DNA from: Escherichia coli
Lineage (GTDB): Bacteria; Pseudomonadota; Gammaproteobacteria; Enterobacterales; Enterobacteriaceae
Length of the DNA: 64,000 bases
Direction: 5' to 3' (one strand)
Assembly: GCF_044647545.1 (NCBI RefSeq)
Contig: NZ_CP172818.1
The notes beneath the pieces were generated by a model that saw only the letters and a list, made by a program, of their open reading frames with translations, was not told where the DNA came from and made no database searches. The position numbers and the translations under genes were made by a program. This document shows positions 23,378 through 36,483 of the stretch, piece by piece. Each line of letters opens with the position of its first letter. Position 1 is the stretch's first letter.

Positions 23378-25612
23378 CTAACTCCCGTGCAACCGACGCG
23401 CGTCGATAACATCCGGCACCTGGTTGAGTTTACCCAGCACGCGGCCCAGCACTTGCAGGTTGTAAATCTCAATGGTCATGTCGATGGTCGCCAGTTGCTG
23501 TTTGGTGTCGCTACGGCTGGCAACGCCAAGTACGTTCACCTTCTCGTTGGCGAGAATGGTCGTGATATCACGTAACAACCCACTACGATCATTAGCCACC
23601 ACGCGGACCACCAGCGAATATCCGGCGGAGTAGCTCTCGCCCCATACCGCGTCAACAATGCGTTCTGGCGCATGGGAGCGCAGTTCCGCCAGTTGTTCGC
23701 AATCGGCGCGGTGTACTGAAATACCGCGTCCCTGGGTAATGAAGCCGACAATCTCATCTCCAGGAATCGGCTGGCAGCAGCGCGCGATGTGGTGCATCAG
23801 GTTACCGACCCCTTCTACCACCACACGACCGTTATCTTTACTGCGGTTTTGCGGCGTGTAGCTTTTTTGCTGAAGCTGTTTCAGCGCGGCGGCATCCTGC
23901 TCTTCGGCACTCGGCTTATTAAATTGCGATTGCAGGAAGTTCACCATCTGATTGAGACGGATATCCCCGCCACCAATTGCCGCCAGCAACTCGTCGACAT
24001 CATTGAAGTTGTAACGCGGCAGCAGATGTTTTTCTGCTTCTTTCAGGCTGATCCCCAGATGTTCCAGCTCGTCGTCAAGGATTTGCCGCCCAGCCAGAAT
24101 GTTTTTGTCACGGTCCTGTTTACGGAACCAGGCGTGAATTTTCGAACGCCCACGGCTGGTTGTGACGTAACCGAGATTTGGGTTTAACCAGTCACGGCTG
24201 GGGTTCGGCTGTTTCTGGGTGATAATTTCAATCTGGTCGCCCATCTGCAGCTGGTAGGTGAACGGCACAATGCGCCCGCCAATTTTTGCCCCGATGCAGC
24301 GGTGTCCGACATCACTGTGGATGTGGTAAGCGAAGTCCAGCGGTGTTGATCCCGCAGGCAAATCAACGACATCACCTTTCGGCGTAAAGACGTACACCCG
24401 GTCGTCAAAGACCTGGCTGCGTACTTCGTCGAGCATTTCGCCGGAATCAGCCATCTCTTCCTGCCACGCAATCAGTTTACGCAGCCAGGCAATTCGGTCT
24501 TCATGTCCCGAACGTGCGCCGCCAGCTGCCGCGCCCTCTTTATATTTCCAGTGCGCAGCAACACCCAACTCTGCATCTTCATGCATCTGTTTGGTGCGGA
24601 TTTGGATCTCAACGGTTTTGCCACCCGGCCCCAGAACCACGGTATGAATAGACTGATAACCGTTTGGTTTCGGGTTAGCGACGTAATCGTCGAACTCATC
24701 CGGCAGGTGGCGATAGTGAGTGTGCACTATCCCCAGTGCGGCATAACAATCCTGTAAACGCTCGGCGACAATACGTACCGCACGCACATCAAACAGCTCA
24801 TCGAAGGCGAGGTTCTTTTTCTGCATTTTGCGCCAGATGCTGTAGATGTGTTTCGGTCGACCATACACTTCAGCTTTAACGCCTTCAGCTTTCATCTCAG
24901 CGCGCAGATGGCCGACAAACTCTTCGATATAGTGTTCGCGGTCGAGACGGCGTTCATGCAGCAGTTTTGCGATGCGTTTGTATTCGGTCGGGTGGAGATA
25001 ACGGAAGCAGTAATCTTCCAGCTCCCATTTCAGTTGCCCAATCCCAAGACGGTTCGCCAACGGCGCGTAGATATTGGTGCACTCTTTTGCCGCCAGTACG
25101 CGTTCATCTTCCGGCGCGTCTTTTACTTCGCGCAGATGAGCAATACGCTCTGCCAGTTTGATGACCACGCAGCGGAAATCATCGACCATCGCCAATAACA
25201 TCCGGCGAACGTTATCGACCTGTTCGGAGGAAACAGAATCGGTATGCGTCGCTTTCAGCTGGCGGATCGCCGCCATATCACGCACGCCGTGAATAAGGTT
25301 AACGACCGACTTACCGACGCTCTCACGCAGCACATCTTCGCTGACTACGTTGGCATCCGCCAGAGGGAACAGCAGCGCCGCCCGCAGCGTGTCAATGTCC
25401 ATACTTAATGTCGAGAGGATCTCCACCATCTCAACACCACGCCACAATAACAGACTGGCATCCGGATGCCCCTGCGTCTGTTGCAGACAATATGCCCAGG
25501 TTTCGGCTAAGCACTCACACGACTTCTGGCTGGTAATACCCAGACTTGCGATCCATTTTTCCGGATCAAATTCACCAGCCTTATTGATATGTGCACTTCT
25601 TACCGCAACCAT
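23378..25612 (-). CDS. relA: (p)ppGpp synthetase I
   Basis: 744-aa ORF; recognised RelA sequence with HD-like, synthetase, TGS and ACT regions. Confidence 0.97.
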   Translation of the reverse strand: MVAVRSAHINKAGEFDPEKWIASLGITSQKSCECLAETWAYCLQQTQGHPDASLLLWRGVEMVEILSTLSMDIDTLRAALLFPLADANVVSEDVLRESVGKSVVNLIHGVRDMAAIRQLKATHTDSVSSEQVDNVRRMLLAMVDDFRCVVIKLAERIAHLREVKDAPEDERVLAAKECTNIYAPLANRLGIGQLKWELEDYCFRYLHPTEYKRIAKLLHERRLDREHYIEEFVGHLRAEMKAEGVKAEVYGRPKHIYSIWRKMQKKNLAFDELFDVRAVRIVAERLQDCYAALGIVHTHYRHLPDEFDDYVANPKPNGYQSIHTVVLGPGGKTVEIQIRTKQMHEDAELGVAAHWKYKEGAAAGGARSGHEDRIAWLRKLIAWQEEMADSGEMLDEVRSQVFDDRVYVFTPKGDVVDLPAGSTPLDFAYHIHSDVGHRCIGAKIGGRIVPFTYQLQMGDQIEIITQKQPNPSRDWLNPNLGYVTTSRGRSKIHAWFRKQDRDKNILAGRQILDDELEHLGISLKEAEKHLLPRYNFNDVDELLAAIGGGDIRLNQMVNFLQSQFNKPSAEEQDAAALKQLQQKSYTPQNRSKDNGRVVVEGVGNLMHHIARCCQPIPGDEIVGFITQGRGISVHRADCEQLAELRSHAPERIVDAVWGESYSAGYSLVVRVVANDRSGLLRDITTILANEKVNVLGVASRSDTKQQLATIDMTIEIYNLQVLGRVLGKLNQVPDVIDARRLHGS

Positions 25613-25659
25613 CGTCCTCTCCTTTAGGGACCAGACCTGCCGAAATCGGCAAATCGCAA

Positions 25660-26961
25660 CTATTTAACGCGCGAGAAAAGTACCATCGATTCCAGATGTC
25701 CCGTGTGTGGGAACATATCCAGCATCGCCAGTCGCGCAATGGTATATCCTGCTTTTAATAACGCTTCGCTATCCCGAGCCAGCGTTGCAGGGTTACAGGA
25801 TACATAAACTATACGAATAGGTTCCAGTTTTATAATTTGCTGCATAACACCTGCGGCACCTGCTCGCGCCGGGTCCAACAACACTTTATCGAAGCCGTTT
25901 TTCGCCCACGGCTGCTTTGTGACATCTTCTTCAAGATTTTCGTGATAAAACGTCACATTGTGTAAGCCATTAAGACGCGCATTCTGCTGGCCTTTTTCAA
26001 CCAGCGCCGGAACGCCTTCTACACCGACCACACTGGCAGCTTGTGTCGCCAATGGCAGTGTAAAGTTGCCCATACCGCAGAACAGATCCAGTACGCGATC
26101 TTCAGGTTGCACATCCAGCCATTCCAACGCACGCGCTACCATTTTTTGGTTCACACCCGCATTGACCTGAATAAAATCGCGCGGGCTAAAAGTTAAGCGC
26201 AACCCATTTGAGTCATACCAGGGCATCTCACCAGAGACGGTTTCGAGTATCTCACTATCGGGGGCGAGATACAGATCCAGTCCTTCAGAATGCGAAAAGC
26301 ATTCCAGTTTTTCGCGATCTGCCGAACTTAGCGGTGCGGTATGGCGCAAAATCATTAGCGTGCCGCTGGTTGCCTGTACCAGTTCAACATGACCAAGATG
26401 GCGCATAGCTTGTAAGCTGCCCAGGCATGCCCTGACTTTGGGCAGCAATGCTTCAAGTTGGGGCACTAAAATGGGGCATTGTTTAACGTCGACAATGTCA
26501 CTGGAGCCCGCTTTGCGAAACCCCATCTGAAGTTGCTGTGTTTTCGGTAAGTAGTTCAGACTTAAACGCGCGCGACGGCGATAGCCCCAGGGAACATCGG
26601 CGATCACTTCAGAGACTTCGTGTTTCATTAATCGGGCGAGTGCCGCACTTTTGCTTCGCTGCTGTAAATCCACACTGGCGTGTTGTTGCTGACAGCCGCC
26701 GCATACGCCAAAATGAGGACAGCGTGGCGTTTCGCGTTCCGGACTATCGCTTAACCGGCGTACGACTTTAGCGCGGGCATACTGTTTTTTATCTTCAGTA
26801 ACAGTAACTTCCGCGTTTTCCTGCGGCAATAATCCGGGGATAAATAATGTTTTGCCGTTATGTCGCGCCACACCCTGACCAAAAGAGTCGAGGTCGTTGA
26901 CTGAAACGGTTATGATCTGACGCGTCGTCGTGCGTCGTTTTGCAGAGTAGAATTGCGCCAT
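25660..26961 (-). CDS. rlmD: 23S rRNA (uracil1939-C5)-methyltransferase
   Basis: 433-aa ORF; TRAM N-terminus, Cys cluster ([11 protein letters not shown]), SAM-dependent methyltransferase C-terminus. Confidence 0.92.
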   Translation of the reverse strand: MAQFYSAKRRTTTRQIITVSVNDLDSFGQGVARHNGKTLFIPGLLPQENAEVTVTEDKKQYARAKVVRRLSDSPERETPRCPHFGVCGGCQQQHASVDLQQRSKSAALARLMKHEVSEVIADVPWGYRRRARLSLNYLPKTQQLQMGFRKAGSSDIVDVKQCPILVPQLEALLPKVRACLGSLQAMRHLGHVELVQATSGTLMILRHTAPLSSADREKLECFSHSEGLDLYLAPDSEILETVSGEMPWYDSNGLRLTFSPRDFIQVNAGVNQKMVARALEWLDVQPEDRVLDLFCGMGNFTLPLATQAASVVGVEGVPALVEKGQQNARLNGLHNVTFYHENLEEDVTKQPWAKNGFDKVLLDPARAGAAGVMQQIIKLEPIRIVYVSCNPATLARDSEALLKAGYTIARLAMLDMFPHTGHLESMVLFSRVK

Positions 26962-27017
26962 TGGCGAGACTTTCTCAATTTAACAGTGTGACCTTAATTG
27001 TCCCATAACGGAACTCC

Positions 27018-29774
27018 ATGACCAACTACAGCCTGCGCGCACGCATGATGATTCTGATCCTGGCACCGACCGTCCTTATTGGTTTATTGCTGAGTATCTT
27101 TTTCGTCGTGCATCGCTATAACGACTTGCAGCGTCAACTGGAAGATGCCGGTGCCAGCATTATTGAGCCGCTTGCAGTTTCTACTGAATATGGCATGAGT
27201 CTGCAAAATCGCGAATCTATCGGTCAGTTAATAAGCGTACTGCATCGTCGCCATTCCGATATTGTTCGCGCGATTTCGGTTTATGATGAAAATAACCGAC
27301 TCTTTGTCACCTCCAATTTTCATCTTGATCCCTCATCAATGCAGCTCGGCAGCAACGTGCCGTTTCCTCGCCAGCTCACTGTCACTCGTGACGGCGATAT
27401 TATGATCCTCCGCACGCCGATTATTTCTGAGAGTTACTCCCCCGACGAATCGCCCAGTAGCGATGCCAAAAATAGTCAAAATATGTTGGGATATATTGCG
27501 CTGGAGCTGGATCTTAAATCGGTTCGCTTGCAGCAATATAAAGAGATCTTTATTTCCAGCGTGATGATGCTGTTTTGTATCGGTATTGCGCTTATTTTTG
27601 GCTGGCGCTTAATGCGCGATGTAACCGGTCCGATTCGCAACATGGTGAATACCGTCGACCGCATCCGTCGCGGGCAACTCGACAGCCGGGTGGAAGGATT
27701 TATGCTTGGTGAGCTGGATATGCTGAAAAACGGTATCAACTCGATGGCAATGTCGCTGGCGGCTTATCACGAAGAGATGCAACACAATATCGACCAGGCG
27801 ACGTCCGATCTGCGTGAGACGCTGGAGCAAATGGAGATTCAGAACGTTGAGTTGGATCTGGCGAAAAAGCGCGCCCAGGAAGCGGCGCGTATTAAATCCG
27901 AGTTTCTGGCAAATATGTCACACGAGCTGCGTACACCACTGAATGGTGTTATTGGCTTTACCCGCCTGACGCTGAAAACAGAATTAACACCAACGCAGCG
28001 CGATCACCTGAATACGATTGAACGTTCGGCAAATAATTTGCTGGCAATTATTAATGATGTTCTCGACTTCTCGAAACTGGAAGCAGGTAAGCTGATTCTG
28101 GAAAGTATTCCATTCCCACTACGCAGCACGCTGGATGAAGTCGTTACCCTGCTGGCACATTCTTCTCACGATAAAGGGCTGGAACTGACGCTCAATATTA
28201 AAAGCGACGTGCCTGATAACGTGATCGGCGACCCACTACGATTACAGCAAATCATCACTAACCTGGTGGGGAATGCAATTAAATTCACCGAGAATGGCAA
28301 CATTGATATTCTGGTAGAAAAACGTGCGCTGAGTAATACCAAAGTGCAAATTGAAGTGCAGATTCGGGATACCGGCATTGGTATTCCTGAACGCGATCAA
28401 TCGCGCTTATTCCAGGCCTTCAGACAGGCTGATGCCAGTATTTCCCGCCGTCATGGTGGCACCGGGCTGGGGCTGGTGATTACACAAAAACTGGTTAATG
28501 AAATGGGCGGCGATATTTCGTTCCATAGCCAGCCGAATCGCGGTTCAACTTTCTGGTTCCACATTAATCTCGATCTGAACCCGAACATTATTATCGAAGG
28601 GCCATCCACCCAGTGCCTCGCCGGCAAGCGCCTGGCCTATGTCGAACCAAACTCCGCAGCAGCGCAATGCACGCTGGATATTTTAAGTGAAACGCCGCTG
28701 GAAGTGGTTTATAGCCCAACGTTCTCTGCGCTGCCTCCCGCGCATTACGACATGATGTTGTTAGGCATCGCGGTGACCTTCCGCGAGCCGCTAACAATGC
28801 AACATGAGCGATTAGCGAAAGCAGTATCGATGACCGATTTTCTGATGCTGGCACTTCCTTGCCATGCACAAGTCAATGCTGAAAAACTTAAGCAAGATGG
28901 TATCGGCGCGTGTCTGCTGAAACCATTAACACCTACGCGCCTGTTACCTGCCCTGACGGAATTTTGTCATCACAAACAAAACACGCTTTTGCCTGTAACC
29001 GATGAAAGTAAGCTGGCAATGACAGTCATGGCGGTTGATGACAACCCCGCTAACCTGAAACTTATCGGCGCATTGCTGGAAGATATGGTGCAACATGTGG
29101 AACTTTGCGATAGCGGGCATCAGGCGGTTGAACGGGCGAAACAGATGCCGTTCGATTTGATCTTAATGGATATTCAAATGCCGGACATGGACGGCATTCG
29201 GGCCTGCGAACTCATCCACCAGCTCCCCCATCAGCAACAAACGCCGGTTATCGCGGTAACGGCGCATGCAATGGCCGGGCAAAAAGAGAAGCTGCTTGGC
29301 GCAGGGATGAGCGATTATCTGGCGAAACCGATTGAAGAAGAGCGATTGCATAATTTGTTGTTGCGCTATAAGCCTGGCAGCGGTATTTCCTCTCGCGTCG
29401 TGACGCCCGAAGTCAACGAAATTGTGGTGAACCCGAATGCGACCCTCGACTGGCAACTGGCACTACGCCAGGCAGCAGGAAAAACCGATTTAGCGCGCGA
29501 TATGCTGCAAATGTTACTCGATTTCCTGCCTGAAGTTCGCAACAAAGTTGAGGAACAGCTGGTTGGAGAAAACCCGGAAGGCCTGGTTGATTTGATTCAT
29601 AAACTGCATGGCAGTTGCGGCTATAGCGGTGTGCCGCGTATGAAGAATCTCTGCCAACTGATCGAACAACAGCTACGTAGCGGTACTAAAGAAGAAGATT
29701 TGGAGCCGGAGCTGCTGGAACTGTTGGACGAGATGGATAATGTAGCGCGCGAAGCCAGCAAAATTCTCGGGTAA
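27018..29774 (+). CDS. barA: hybrid sensor histidine kinase BarA
   Basis: 918-aa ORF; two N-terminal TM segments, HAMP, H-box (SHELRTPLN), receiver domain, C-terminal HPt. Confidence 0.96.
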
Positions 29775-29848
29775 CGGACGTCTTGTCGAGTAGCAATCGG
29801 CTTTTTATGAAGCTGGTTTCAGACTGGTGACAAAGTGCCTGTGTTTAT

Positions 29849-29882
29849 GCCGGATGCGGCGTTAACGCCTTATCCTGCCTAC
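29849..29882. repeat. REP element downstream of barA
   Basis: gccggatgcggcgttaacgccttatcctgcctac matches the REP consensus. Confidence 0.7.
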
Positions 29883-30004
29883 AAAATCAATTAAATTCAA
29901 TGAATTAAAAAGTATGTTGGCCTGATACGTAGCGCAACAGGCAATTTTGCGTTTGGCATCAGTCTCAAACCGGCTCCTGACAGAGCCGGTTTTTGTTTTC
30001 AGTC

Positions 30005-31345
30005 TTAACGCACCATGCACGGGCGCTTGTTATCAAACGTCCAGCCAGGAATCAGGTACTGCATTCCCATCGCATCGTCACGCGCGCCAAGCCCGTGTTT
30101 CTGATACAGCTCGTGGGCTTTCATCACCTGATCCATATCGATTTCTACGCCCAATCCTGGTTTTTGCGGCACCTGTACCAGCCCGCCTTTGATCTCAAAC
30201 GGTTCTTTGGTCAGACGCTGATTGCCTTCCTGCCAGATCCAGTGCGTATCAATAGCAGTAATTTTACCCGGTGCAGCAGCGGCTACATGGGTAAACATCG
30301 CCAGGGAAATATCGAAGTGGTTGTTAGAGTGTGAACCCCAGGTCAGGCCAAATTCATGGCACATTTGCGCCACACGTACCGAACCTTGCATCGTCCAGAA
30401 ATGCGGATCCGCCAGCGGGATATCAACGGATTGCAGGGAGAGCGTATGGCCCATCTGCCGCCAGTCGGTGGCGATCATATTGGTTGCGGTCGGCAGGCCA
30501 GTCGCGCGACGGAACTCTGCCATCACTTCACGCCCGGAGAAACCTTGCTCCGCACCACACGGATCTTCTGCATAAGCCAGCGAACCTTTCAGGTATTTAC
30601 CAATTTTAATCGCTTCGTTCAGCGACCAGGCACCGTTAGGATCGAGGGTAATACGCGCCTGTGGGAAGCGTTGCGCCAGTGCCACAATAGATTCTGCTTC
30701 TTCTTCCCCGGCCAGTACACCGCCCTTCAGTTTGAAATCGTTGAAGCCATATTTTTCATATGCCGCTTCCGCCAGGCGCACCACCGCATCCGGCGTCATC
30801 GCTTCTTCGTGACGCAGGCGATACCAGTCACATTGATCATCCGGCTGGCTTTGATACGGCAGCGGTGTGGCTTTGCGATTACCGACGAAGAACAGATAAC
30901 CGAGCATTTCGACTTCGCTACGCTGTTGACCATCGCCCAGCAGCGATGCCACGTTAACCCCCAGATGCTGCCCCAGCAGATCCAGCATTGCCGCTTCTAT
31001 CCCGGTAACCACATGAATAGTGGTCCGCAGGTCAAATGTCTGCAAACCGCGCCCGCCGGCATCACGATCGGCAAATGTATTACGCACCAGCGTCAGAACG
31101 TTTTTGTATTCACCCAGCGTTTTACCCACCACCAGCGGAATCGCATCTTCCAGCGTTTTACGGATTTTCTCGCCGCCGGGAATTTCCCCTACCCCAGTGT
31201 GACCAGAATTATCTTTGATAATCACAATATTACGCGTGAAGAACGGTGCGTGTGCACCACTCAGATTCATCAGCATACTGTCATGGCCCGCCACCGGGAT
31301 GACCTGCATTTCAGTAACAACAGGCGTCGTAAATTGAGAACTCAT
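30005..31345 (-). CDS. gudD: glucarate dehydratase
   Basis: ORF track 30005-31369; known start [24 protein letters not shown] (446 aa); enolase-superfamily. Confidence 0.92.
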   Translation of the reverse strand: MSSQFTTPVVTEMQVIPVAGHDSMLMNLSGAHAPFFTRNIVIIKDNSGHTGVGEIPGGEKIRKTLEDAIPLVVGKTLGEYKNVLTLVRNTFADRDAGGRGLQTFDLRTTIHVVTGIEAAMLDLLGQHLGVNVASLLGDGQQRSEVEMLGYLFFVGNRKATPLPYQSQPDDQCDWYRLRHEEAMTPDAVVRLAEAAYEKYGFNDFKLKGGVLAGEEEAESIVALAQRFPQARITLDPNGAWSLNEAIKIGKYLKGSLAYAEDPCGAEQGFSGREVMAEFRRATGLPTATNMIATDWRQMGHTLSLQSVDIPLADPHFWTMQGSVRVAQMCHEFGLTWGSHSNNHFDISLAMFTHVAAAAPGKITAIDTHWIWQEGNQRLTKEPFEIKGGLVQVPQKPGLGVEIDMDQVMKAHELYQKHGLGARDDAMGMQYLIPGWTFDNKRPCMVR

Positions 31346-31365
31346 ATTTATGTCCTTTTTCAAAA

Positions 31366-32706
31366 TCAATGACGGCCGAAAACGGGACGTTTACGGTCAA
31401 AGGTCCAGCCGGGGATCAGGTACTGCATCGGGCCCGCGTCGTTACGCGCACCGCCAGGCAGACGTTTATAGGCCTCATGCGCCTTTTGTACCTGCTCCCA
31501 GTCCAGTTCCACGCCCAGACCGGGCGCATCAGGAACGGCAATTTTTCCATTTTTAATCTCCAGCGGATTTTTGGTCAGGCGACAATCGCCCTCCTGCCAA
31601 ATCCAGTGGGTATCGATAGCGGTAGGATTACCCGGTGCCGCCGCGCCCACATGGGTAAACATCGCCAGAGAGATATCAAAGTGGTTATTGGAATGGCAGC
31701 CCCAGGTCAGCCCCCAGTCGTCGCAAAGCTGCGCTACGCGGACTGCACCGGAAAGCGTCCAGAAGTGCGGGTCGGCAAGTGGAATATCTACCGCATTGAG
31801 CATCACCGCATGGCCCATTTCGCGCCAGTTGGTGGCGATCATATTAGTCGCGACGGGCAAGCCGGTCGCCCGCCGAAATTCCGCCATCACTTCACGTCCG
31901 GAGAAACCCTGTTCTGCGCCACACGGATCTTCGGCATAGGTGAGAACATCATTCAGCCCTTTGCACAGAGAAATAGCTTCATCAAGCAGCCATGCTCCGT
32001 TGGGATCAACGGTAATCCGCGCATCCGGGAAGCGTTTCTTCAATGCACGAACAGTGTCGATTTCTTGCTCGCCAGGTAACACTCCGCCCTTAAGTTTGAA
32101 ATCTTTAAAGCCATAGCGATCCTGTGAAGCTTCCGCCAGACGCACAACGGCTTCGCTGTTCATCGCTTTCTGATGCCGCAATTGATACCACTCATGGTTG
32201 CCCGGAGTATTTTCCAGATAAGGAAGATCGGTTTTGGTCCGATCACCGATATAAAACAGATAACCGAGGACGGTAATAGCATCGCGTTGCTTGCCTGGCC
32301 CTAACAGTTCGCAGACCGGAACATTCAGCGCCTGACCTAGCAGGTCAAGCAAGGCGGCTTCCAGCGCCGCCACGGCATTAACGCGCAATTCAAAAGTCCA
32401 GGCACCTTTGCCGAAGGTATCAAAATCGGCTGCCTGATTACCTTTATGCACCTGCTGAACCACTTTATTCAGTCGTGCGATCTCCTGGCCCAACACCATC
32501 GGAATAGCCTCGACCAGTGTTTGATAAATCACCTCTCCGCCCGGCGCTTCACCAATGCCGGTATGCCCGGCGTTATCGGTGAGTACCACAATATTGCGGG
32601 TGAAATATGCGTTATGTGCACCACCAATATTAAGCAACATGCTGTCATGTCCGGCGACCGGAATGACTTTCATATCAGTAATAACAGGACTGGATTGTGT
32701 CGTCAT
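31366..32706 (-). CDS. gudX: glucarate dehydratase-related protein (paralog of GudD)
   Basis: 446-aa ORF beginning [23 protein letters not shown]; colinear with gudD over its whole length. Confidence 0.92.
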   Translation of the reverse strand: MTTQSSPVITDMKVIPVAGHDSMLLNIGGAHNAYFTRNIVVLTDNAGHTGIGEAPGGEVIYQTLVEAIPMVLGQEIARLNKVVQQVHKGNQAADFDTFGKGAWTFELRVNAVAALEAALLDLLGQALNVPVCELLGPGKQRDAITVLGYLFYIGDRTKTDLPYLENTPGNHEWYQLRHQKAMNSEAVVRLAEASQDRYGFKDFKLKGGVLPGEQEIDTVRALKKRFPDARITVDPNGAWLLDEAISLCKGLNDVLTYAEDPCGAEQGFSGREVMAEFRRATGLPVATNMIATNWREMGHAVMLNAVDIPLADPHFWTLSGAVRVAQLCDDWGLTWGCHSNNHFDISLAMFTHVGAAAPGNPTAIDTHWIWQEGDCRLTKNPLEIKNGKIAVPDAPGLGVELDWEQVQKAHEAYKRLPGGARNDAGPMQYLIPGWTFDRKRPVFGRH

Positions 32707-32707
32707 C

Positions 32708-34060
32708 TTATTGCCCCGCGACAGGTTTCAGCTCAATACGCTTGATATCGCCCACCAGCACCAGGTAGCTGAGTACCGCGATTAAGGCATGAACACCAAC
32801 ATAAATCAGCGCCCCATTAAAGGAGCCAGTCGTGCCAACGATATAACCAATTGCGATTGGCGTGACGATGCCAGAAATGTTACCGAACATGTTGAACAGG
32901 CCACCGGAAAGACCGCTGATCTCTTTTGGCGCGGTATCTGCCATTACTGCCCAACCCAGCGCCCCGATGCCCTTACCGAAGAAGGCCAGCGCCATAAAGC
33001 CGATGATCATCCACTCAACGTTGACGTAGTTGCAGAACACCATCACCATCGACAGCAACATGCCCATTACGATCGGTGTTTTACGCGCAATGTTCAGCGA
33101 TCCCGTGCGGCGCATCAGCCAGTCGGAAATAATCCCACCCAGCACACCGCCGATAAAACCGCAAACCGCCGGAACGGAAGCCACAAAGCCCGCTTTCAGA
33201 ATCGACATCCCGCGTGCCTGCACCAGATAAACCGGGAACCAGGTAATAAAGAAGTAAGTCAGGGCGTTGATACAGTACTGACCGATATAAACGCCGATCA
33301 TCATCCGTGACCCGAGCAGCTGTTTGATCTGCCCCCACTTCACGCTGAACGGTACTTTAACTTTGGTGTTTTGCTGATCCATATTGATCAGCGCGCCACC
33401 CGCCGCGATGTACTCCAGCTCTTTCTGATTTACACCCGGATGTTGATTTGGCTCGTGGATGACTTTCAACCAGATAAAGCTGATGACAATGCCCAGACCG
33501 CCCATAAAGAAGAAGACGTGTGACCAGCCCACTTCATGCGTCAGCCAGCCCATAATCGGCGCGAAGATCACCGTTGCGAAGTATTGAGCGGAGTTAAAAA
33601 TCGACACCGCCGTTCCCCTTTCCTGCGCCGGAAACCAGGCCGCTACAATGCGACTGTTACCGGGGAAAGATGGCGCTTCAGCAAGCCCGACCAGGAAGCG
33701 CAGCGTAAACAGGGCAACGATAATGCCGAATCCACTAAAAATATCGACGAAGCCTTGCAGCAAGGTAAACATCGACCAGATAAAGATCGACCAGAAGTAG
33801 ACGCGTTTTGAACCAAAACGATCCAGCAACCAACCACCAGGGATCTGCCCGATAACATAAGCCCATGAGAAAGCAGAGAACACATAGCCCATTCCCACAG
33901 GATCAAGGCCGATATCTTTGGCCATTTCCGAACCGGCGATAGAGAGCGTAGCGCGGTCGCCGTAGTTGAAGGATGTGACGATAAACAACATCACCACTAT
34001 CCAGTAACGAGCATTCGTGCGTTTTTCCACACTGCTCGCAGCCTGACTTAAAGAACTCAT
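32708..34060 (-). CDS. gudP: glucarate/galactarate MFS transporter
   Basis: 450-aa hydrophobic ORF; first gene of the gudPXD operon. Confidence 0.9.
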   Translation of the reverse strand: MSSLSQAASSVEKRTNARYWIVVMLFIVTSFNYGDRATLSIAGSEMAKDIGLDPVGMGYVFSAFSWAYVIGQIPGGWLLDRFGSKRVYFWSIFIWSMFTLLQGFVDIFSGFGIIVALFTLRFLVGLAEAPSFPGNSRIVAAWFPAQERGTAVSIFNSAQYFATVIFAPIMGWLTHEVGWSHVFFFMGGLGIVISFIWLKVIHEPNQHPGVNQKELEYIAAGGALINMDQQNTKVKVPFSVKWGQIKQLLGSRMMIGVYIGQYCINALTYFFITWFPVYLVQARGMSILKAGFVASVPAVCGFIGGVLGGIISDWLMRRTGSLNIARKTPIVMGMLLSMVMVFCNYVNVEWMIIGFMALAFFGKGIGALGWAVMADTAPKEISGLSGGLFNMFGNISGIVTPIAIGYIVGTTGSFNGALIYVGVHALIAVLSYLVLVGDIKRIELKPVAGQ

Positions 34061-34494
34061 TGTTGCACTCCTGAAAATTCGCGTTAGCCACGCTCACTCT
34101 GGACTGCGACATCGCCAGGAAATCAGAGGTGACGTAGGGTGTTTTTTGCCGTTTTTATAGGTCGTTCGCCGAATGCGGCGCGTGTTTATATCTGGCAATA
34201 GCAGTATAAAAAGCGCGCCATAGCGGCTCACCGTGCAACAACACAACATTAATGCGTTCAATGAGGCCCGATTTTGGCATTAGCCCTGGACGGTGGAATC
34301 CACTTCACGGAAATGAAAACAAGAACAAGAAAGGAAGGGTTAAAACGAAGAAATAAAGAAGAGTATGAAATGGATCGCTTGACTCCAGGCAAACGCCAGT
34401 AAAAATCCGCACTATGAAGCAGTTTTTACTGGCATTTGCCTGAAAAGATTCGATTCAGCACTGCTAAAACGGCATTTACCGCTCGCTGAACATA

Positions 34495-34944
34495 TCAGGA
34501 CAACAGCGTGCCCCAATGTTCGACCCACGGATTTGATTCCGTTTCCGGTTCCGGGTTCTCACTGGCGTCAATCAACAGCATTTCTCCCACCCGCTGAGCG
34601 CTCTGTTCCTGCAACAAGGTATCGAACTGTTTGCCACCATTGCAGAAATTCACATAACTACTGTCGCCGAGCGCAATCACGCCATAACGCAGATTCGGCT
34701 GGAAGCCCAGGGTATCTTTAATTCCCTGAAAGAGCGGCACAATGCTATCAGGAAGGTCGCCCTGCCCGGTCGTGGACGTAACCACCAGAACATACTTATC
34801 CTGATAGGGCAGCCAGTCGCTTAATTCAGGATCTTCAAATACCGTTGCTTTGTGGCCCTGCGCGGTCAGAATTGCTTCCGCTTCTTCCGCCACTAACAGC
34901 GAATTTCCGTACATAGTGCCGACAAAAATACCAATTTCCGCCAT
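34495..34944 (-). CDS. yqcA: flavodoxin-like protein
   Basis: 149-aa ORF beginning [23 protein letters not shown] with a flavodoxin fold. Confidence 0.85.
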   Translation of the reverse strand: MAEIGIFVGTMYGNSLLVAEEAEAILTAQGHKATVFEDPELSDWLPYQDKYVLVVTSTTGQGDLPDSIVPLFQGIKDTLGFQPNLRYGVIALGDSSYVNFCNGGKQFDTLLQEQSAQRVGEMLLIDASENPEPETESNPWVEHWGTLLS

Positions 34945-34961
34945 ACCGTTTTCTCCCTGGA

Positions 34962-35744
34962 TTAGGAACTTATCTCTCCATCCTGACCCGATGGCGCACT
35001 GAACTCAACCCTTTCATTTTCAGGAAGCAGACCCCGCCAGCCAAATTGTGATAACGCCTGCATCCAGGTGTCGTCCAGGCCCGCGTGAATAGTCAGCGGC
35101 TCGCCAGTAAAAGGATGCGTCAATGACAACTGACTGGCATGCAGCATTAACCGCTGAAGGCCAAAATGTTCAGCACCGCTGCGATTCTGGCGTAAATCAC
35201 CATGTTTGCTGTCGCCAATAATCGGGTGGCGCAAATGGGCAAGATGGCGACGGAGCTGGTGCTTACGTCCGGTTTTCGGCTCCAGTTCCACCAGGCCGTA
35301 GCGCGTGGTCGGGTAACGTCCGGTCGCTACCGGCATTTCTACGGTCGCCAGACCGCGATAATGCGTCACTGCTGGCTGCGGGCCTTTATCTTCGCGGGCA
35401 AATTTATCAGCGATTTTGTCCAGTTCTTCCACCAGTGGATAATCCAGCACCGCTTCTTCCATCAACCAGCCGCGCACAATCGCATGGTAACGTTTCTGGA
35501 TTTGGTGCTGTTCAAACTGTTGTGCCAGCAGCCGTCCGGCCTCGCTGGATAATCCCATCAACAACACACCAGAAGTGGGTCGGTCCAGACGATGAGCAGT
35601 AAACACATGCTGGCCTATCTGGTCACGCACGGTTTGCATGACCACTACTTTCTCGTCGCGATCCAGCCAGCTGCGGTGAACCAGCCAGCCGGAGGGTTTA
35701 TTTACCGCAACCAGCCATTCATCCTGATAGAGTATTTCCAGCAT
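34962..35744 (-). CDS. truC: tRNA pseudouridine(65) synthase
   Basis: 260-aa ORF; RluA-family motif [12 protein letters not shown]. Confidence 0.9.
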   Translation of the reverse strand: MLEILYQDEWLVAVNKPSGWLVHRSWLDRDEKVVVMQTVRDQIGQHVFTAHRLDRPTSGVLLMGLSSEAGRLLAQQFEQHQIQKRYHAIVRGWLMEEAVLDYPLVEELDKIADKFAREDKGPQPAVTHYRGLATVEMPVATGRYPTTRYGLVELEPKTGRKHQLRRHLAHLRHPIIGDSKHGDLRQNRSGAEHFGLQRLMLHASQLSLTHPFTGEPLTIHAGLDDTWMQALSQFGWRGLLPENERVEFSAPSGQDGEISS

Positions 35745-36073
35745 TAGCTCGCATCATCCGCAAAAAGAGCATCCAGTTTTTCCAGCTCAGCCAGAATAAG
35801 CGCGCGTTGCGGGTGGTCCGTCGCCAGCGCCATTTCATAATAGGGTGCAACGGCAAAAGCGCCCGGTAACGGCTGGTTGTTATCTAACAAATCATGCATT
35901 CGCGGGATCAGCACCCACTGCAACCACTCCAGTGGTTCCATGGTGTCCATAAAGAACGGTTGGGTACTGTTAAATTGATGCGGCTGGGGTTTATCGTTGC
36001 GCCAGTGCTGATGTTCACGCAGTAACGCTTCAAGCGCCTGCAACTGGAGACGAACGCGGTCATGAGTGGTCAT
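35744..36073 (-). CDS. yqcC: DUF446-family protein
   Basis: 109-aa ORF whose stop overlaps the truC start. Confidence 0.8.
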   Translation of the reverse strand: MTTHDRVRLQLQALEALLREHQHWRNDKPQPHQFNSTQPFFMDTMEPLEWLQWVLIPRMHDLLDNNQPLPGAFAVAPYYEMALATDHPQRALILAELEKLDALFADDAS

Positions 36074-36118
36074 AAAGCAACCTCAATAAGAAAAACTGCC
36101 GCGAAGGATAGCAGGAAT

Positions 36119-36483
36119 AAAAAAAGGGAGCACTGTATTCACAGTGCTCCCGGTTCGTTTCGCAGCATTCCAGCTACTTTTGTTGCTCCCTGCTCATCCT
36201 TGACAACTTTTCCTCTGGCCTTGCGGCCAATCGTTCATCCTGAACTATTGCTTCCTGCTCACACCACCCCGATGTGATACTTCATCCTGAAGTGTCCCTG
36301 GCCTTCCTGACCCACCGAATCATCCTGACCGGTTCTCATTCTCCATCCTGGAGGTGTCCTTTAACGCGTCCTGCGTCATCCTCTTCGCTTCATCCAGAAG
36401 CCTTTCCCTGAAACACCATCCTGGTGTGTCCTTCAGAAGTGTCATCATCCTGATGTTCACTTCGTTGTCTGACTCCCTGTCGA
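36119..36483 (-). ncRNA. csrB: CsrB small RNA (CsrA-sequestering)
   Basis: On the + strand, at least 6 perfect CATCCTG (CAGGAUG in the transcript) plus several variant GGA motifs within about 360 nt; terminator gggagcactgtgaatacagtgctccc + U-run at the 3' end (36119-36151). Confidence 0.9.

Noticed and set aside
30356-31372. 338-aa + strand ORF antisense to gudD and 236-aa ORF (31369-32079) antisense to gudX
   Set aside because: Shadow ORFs; the gudD/gudX frames on the - strand are strongly supported.
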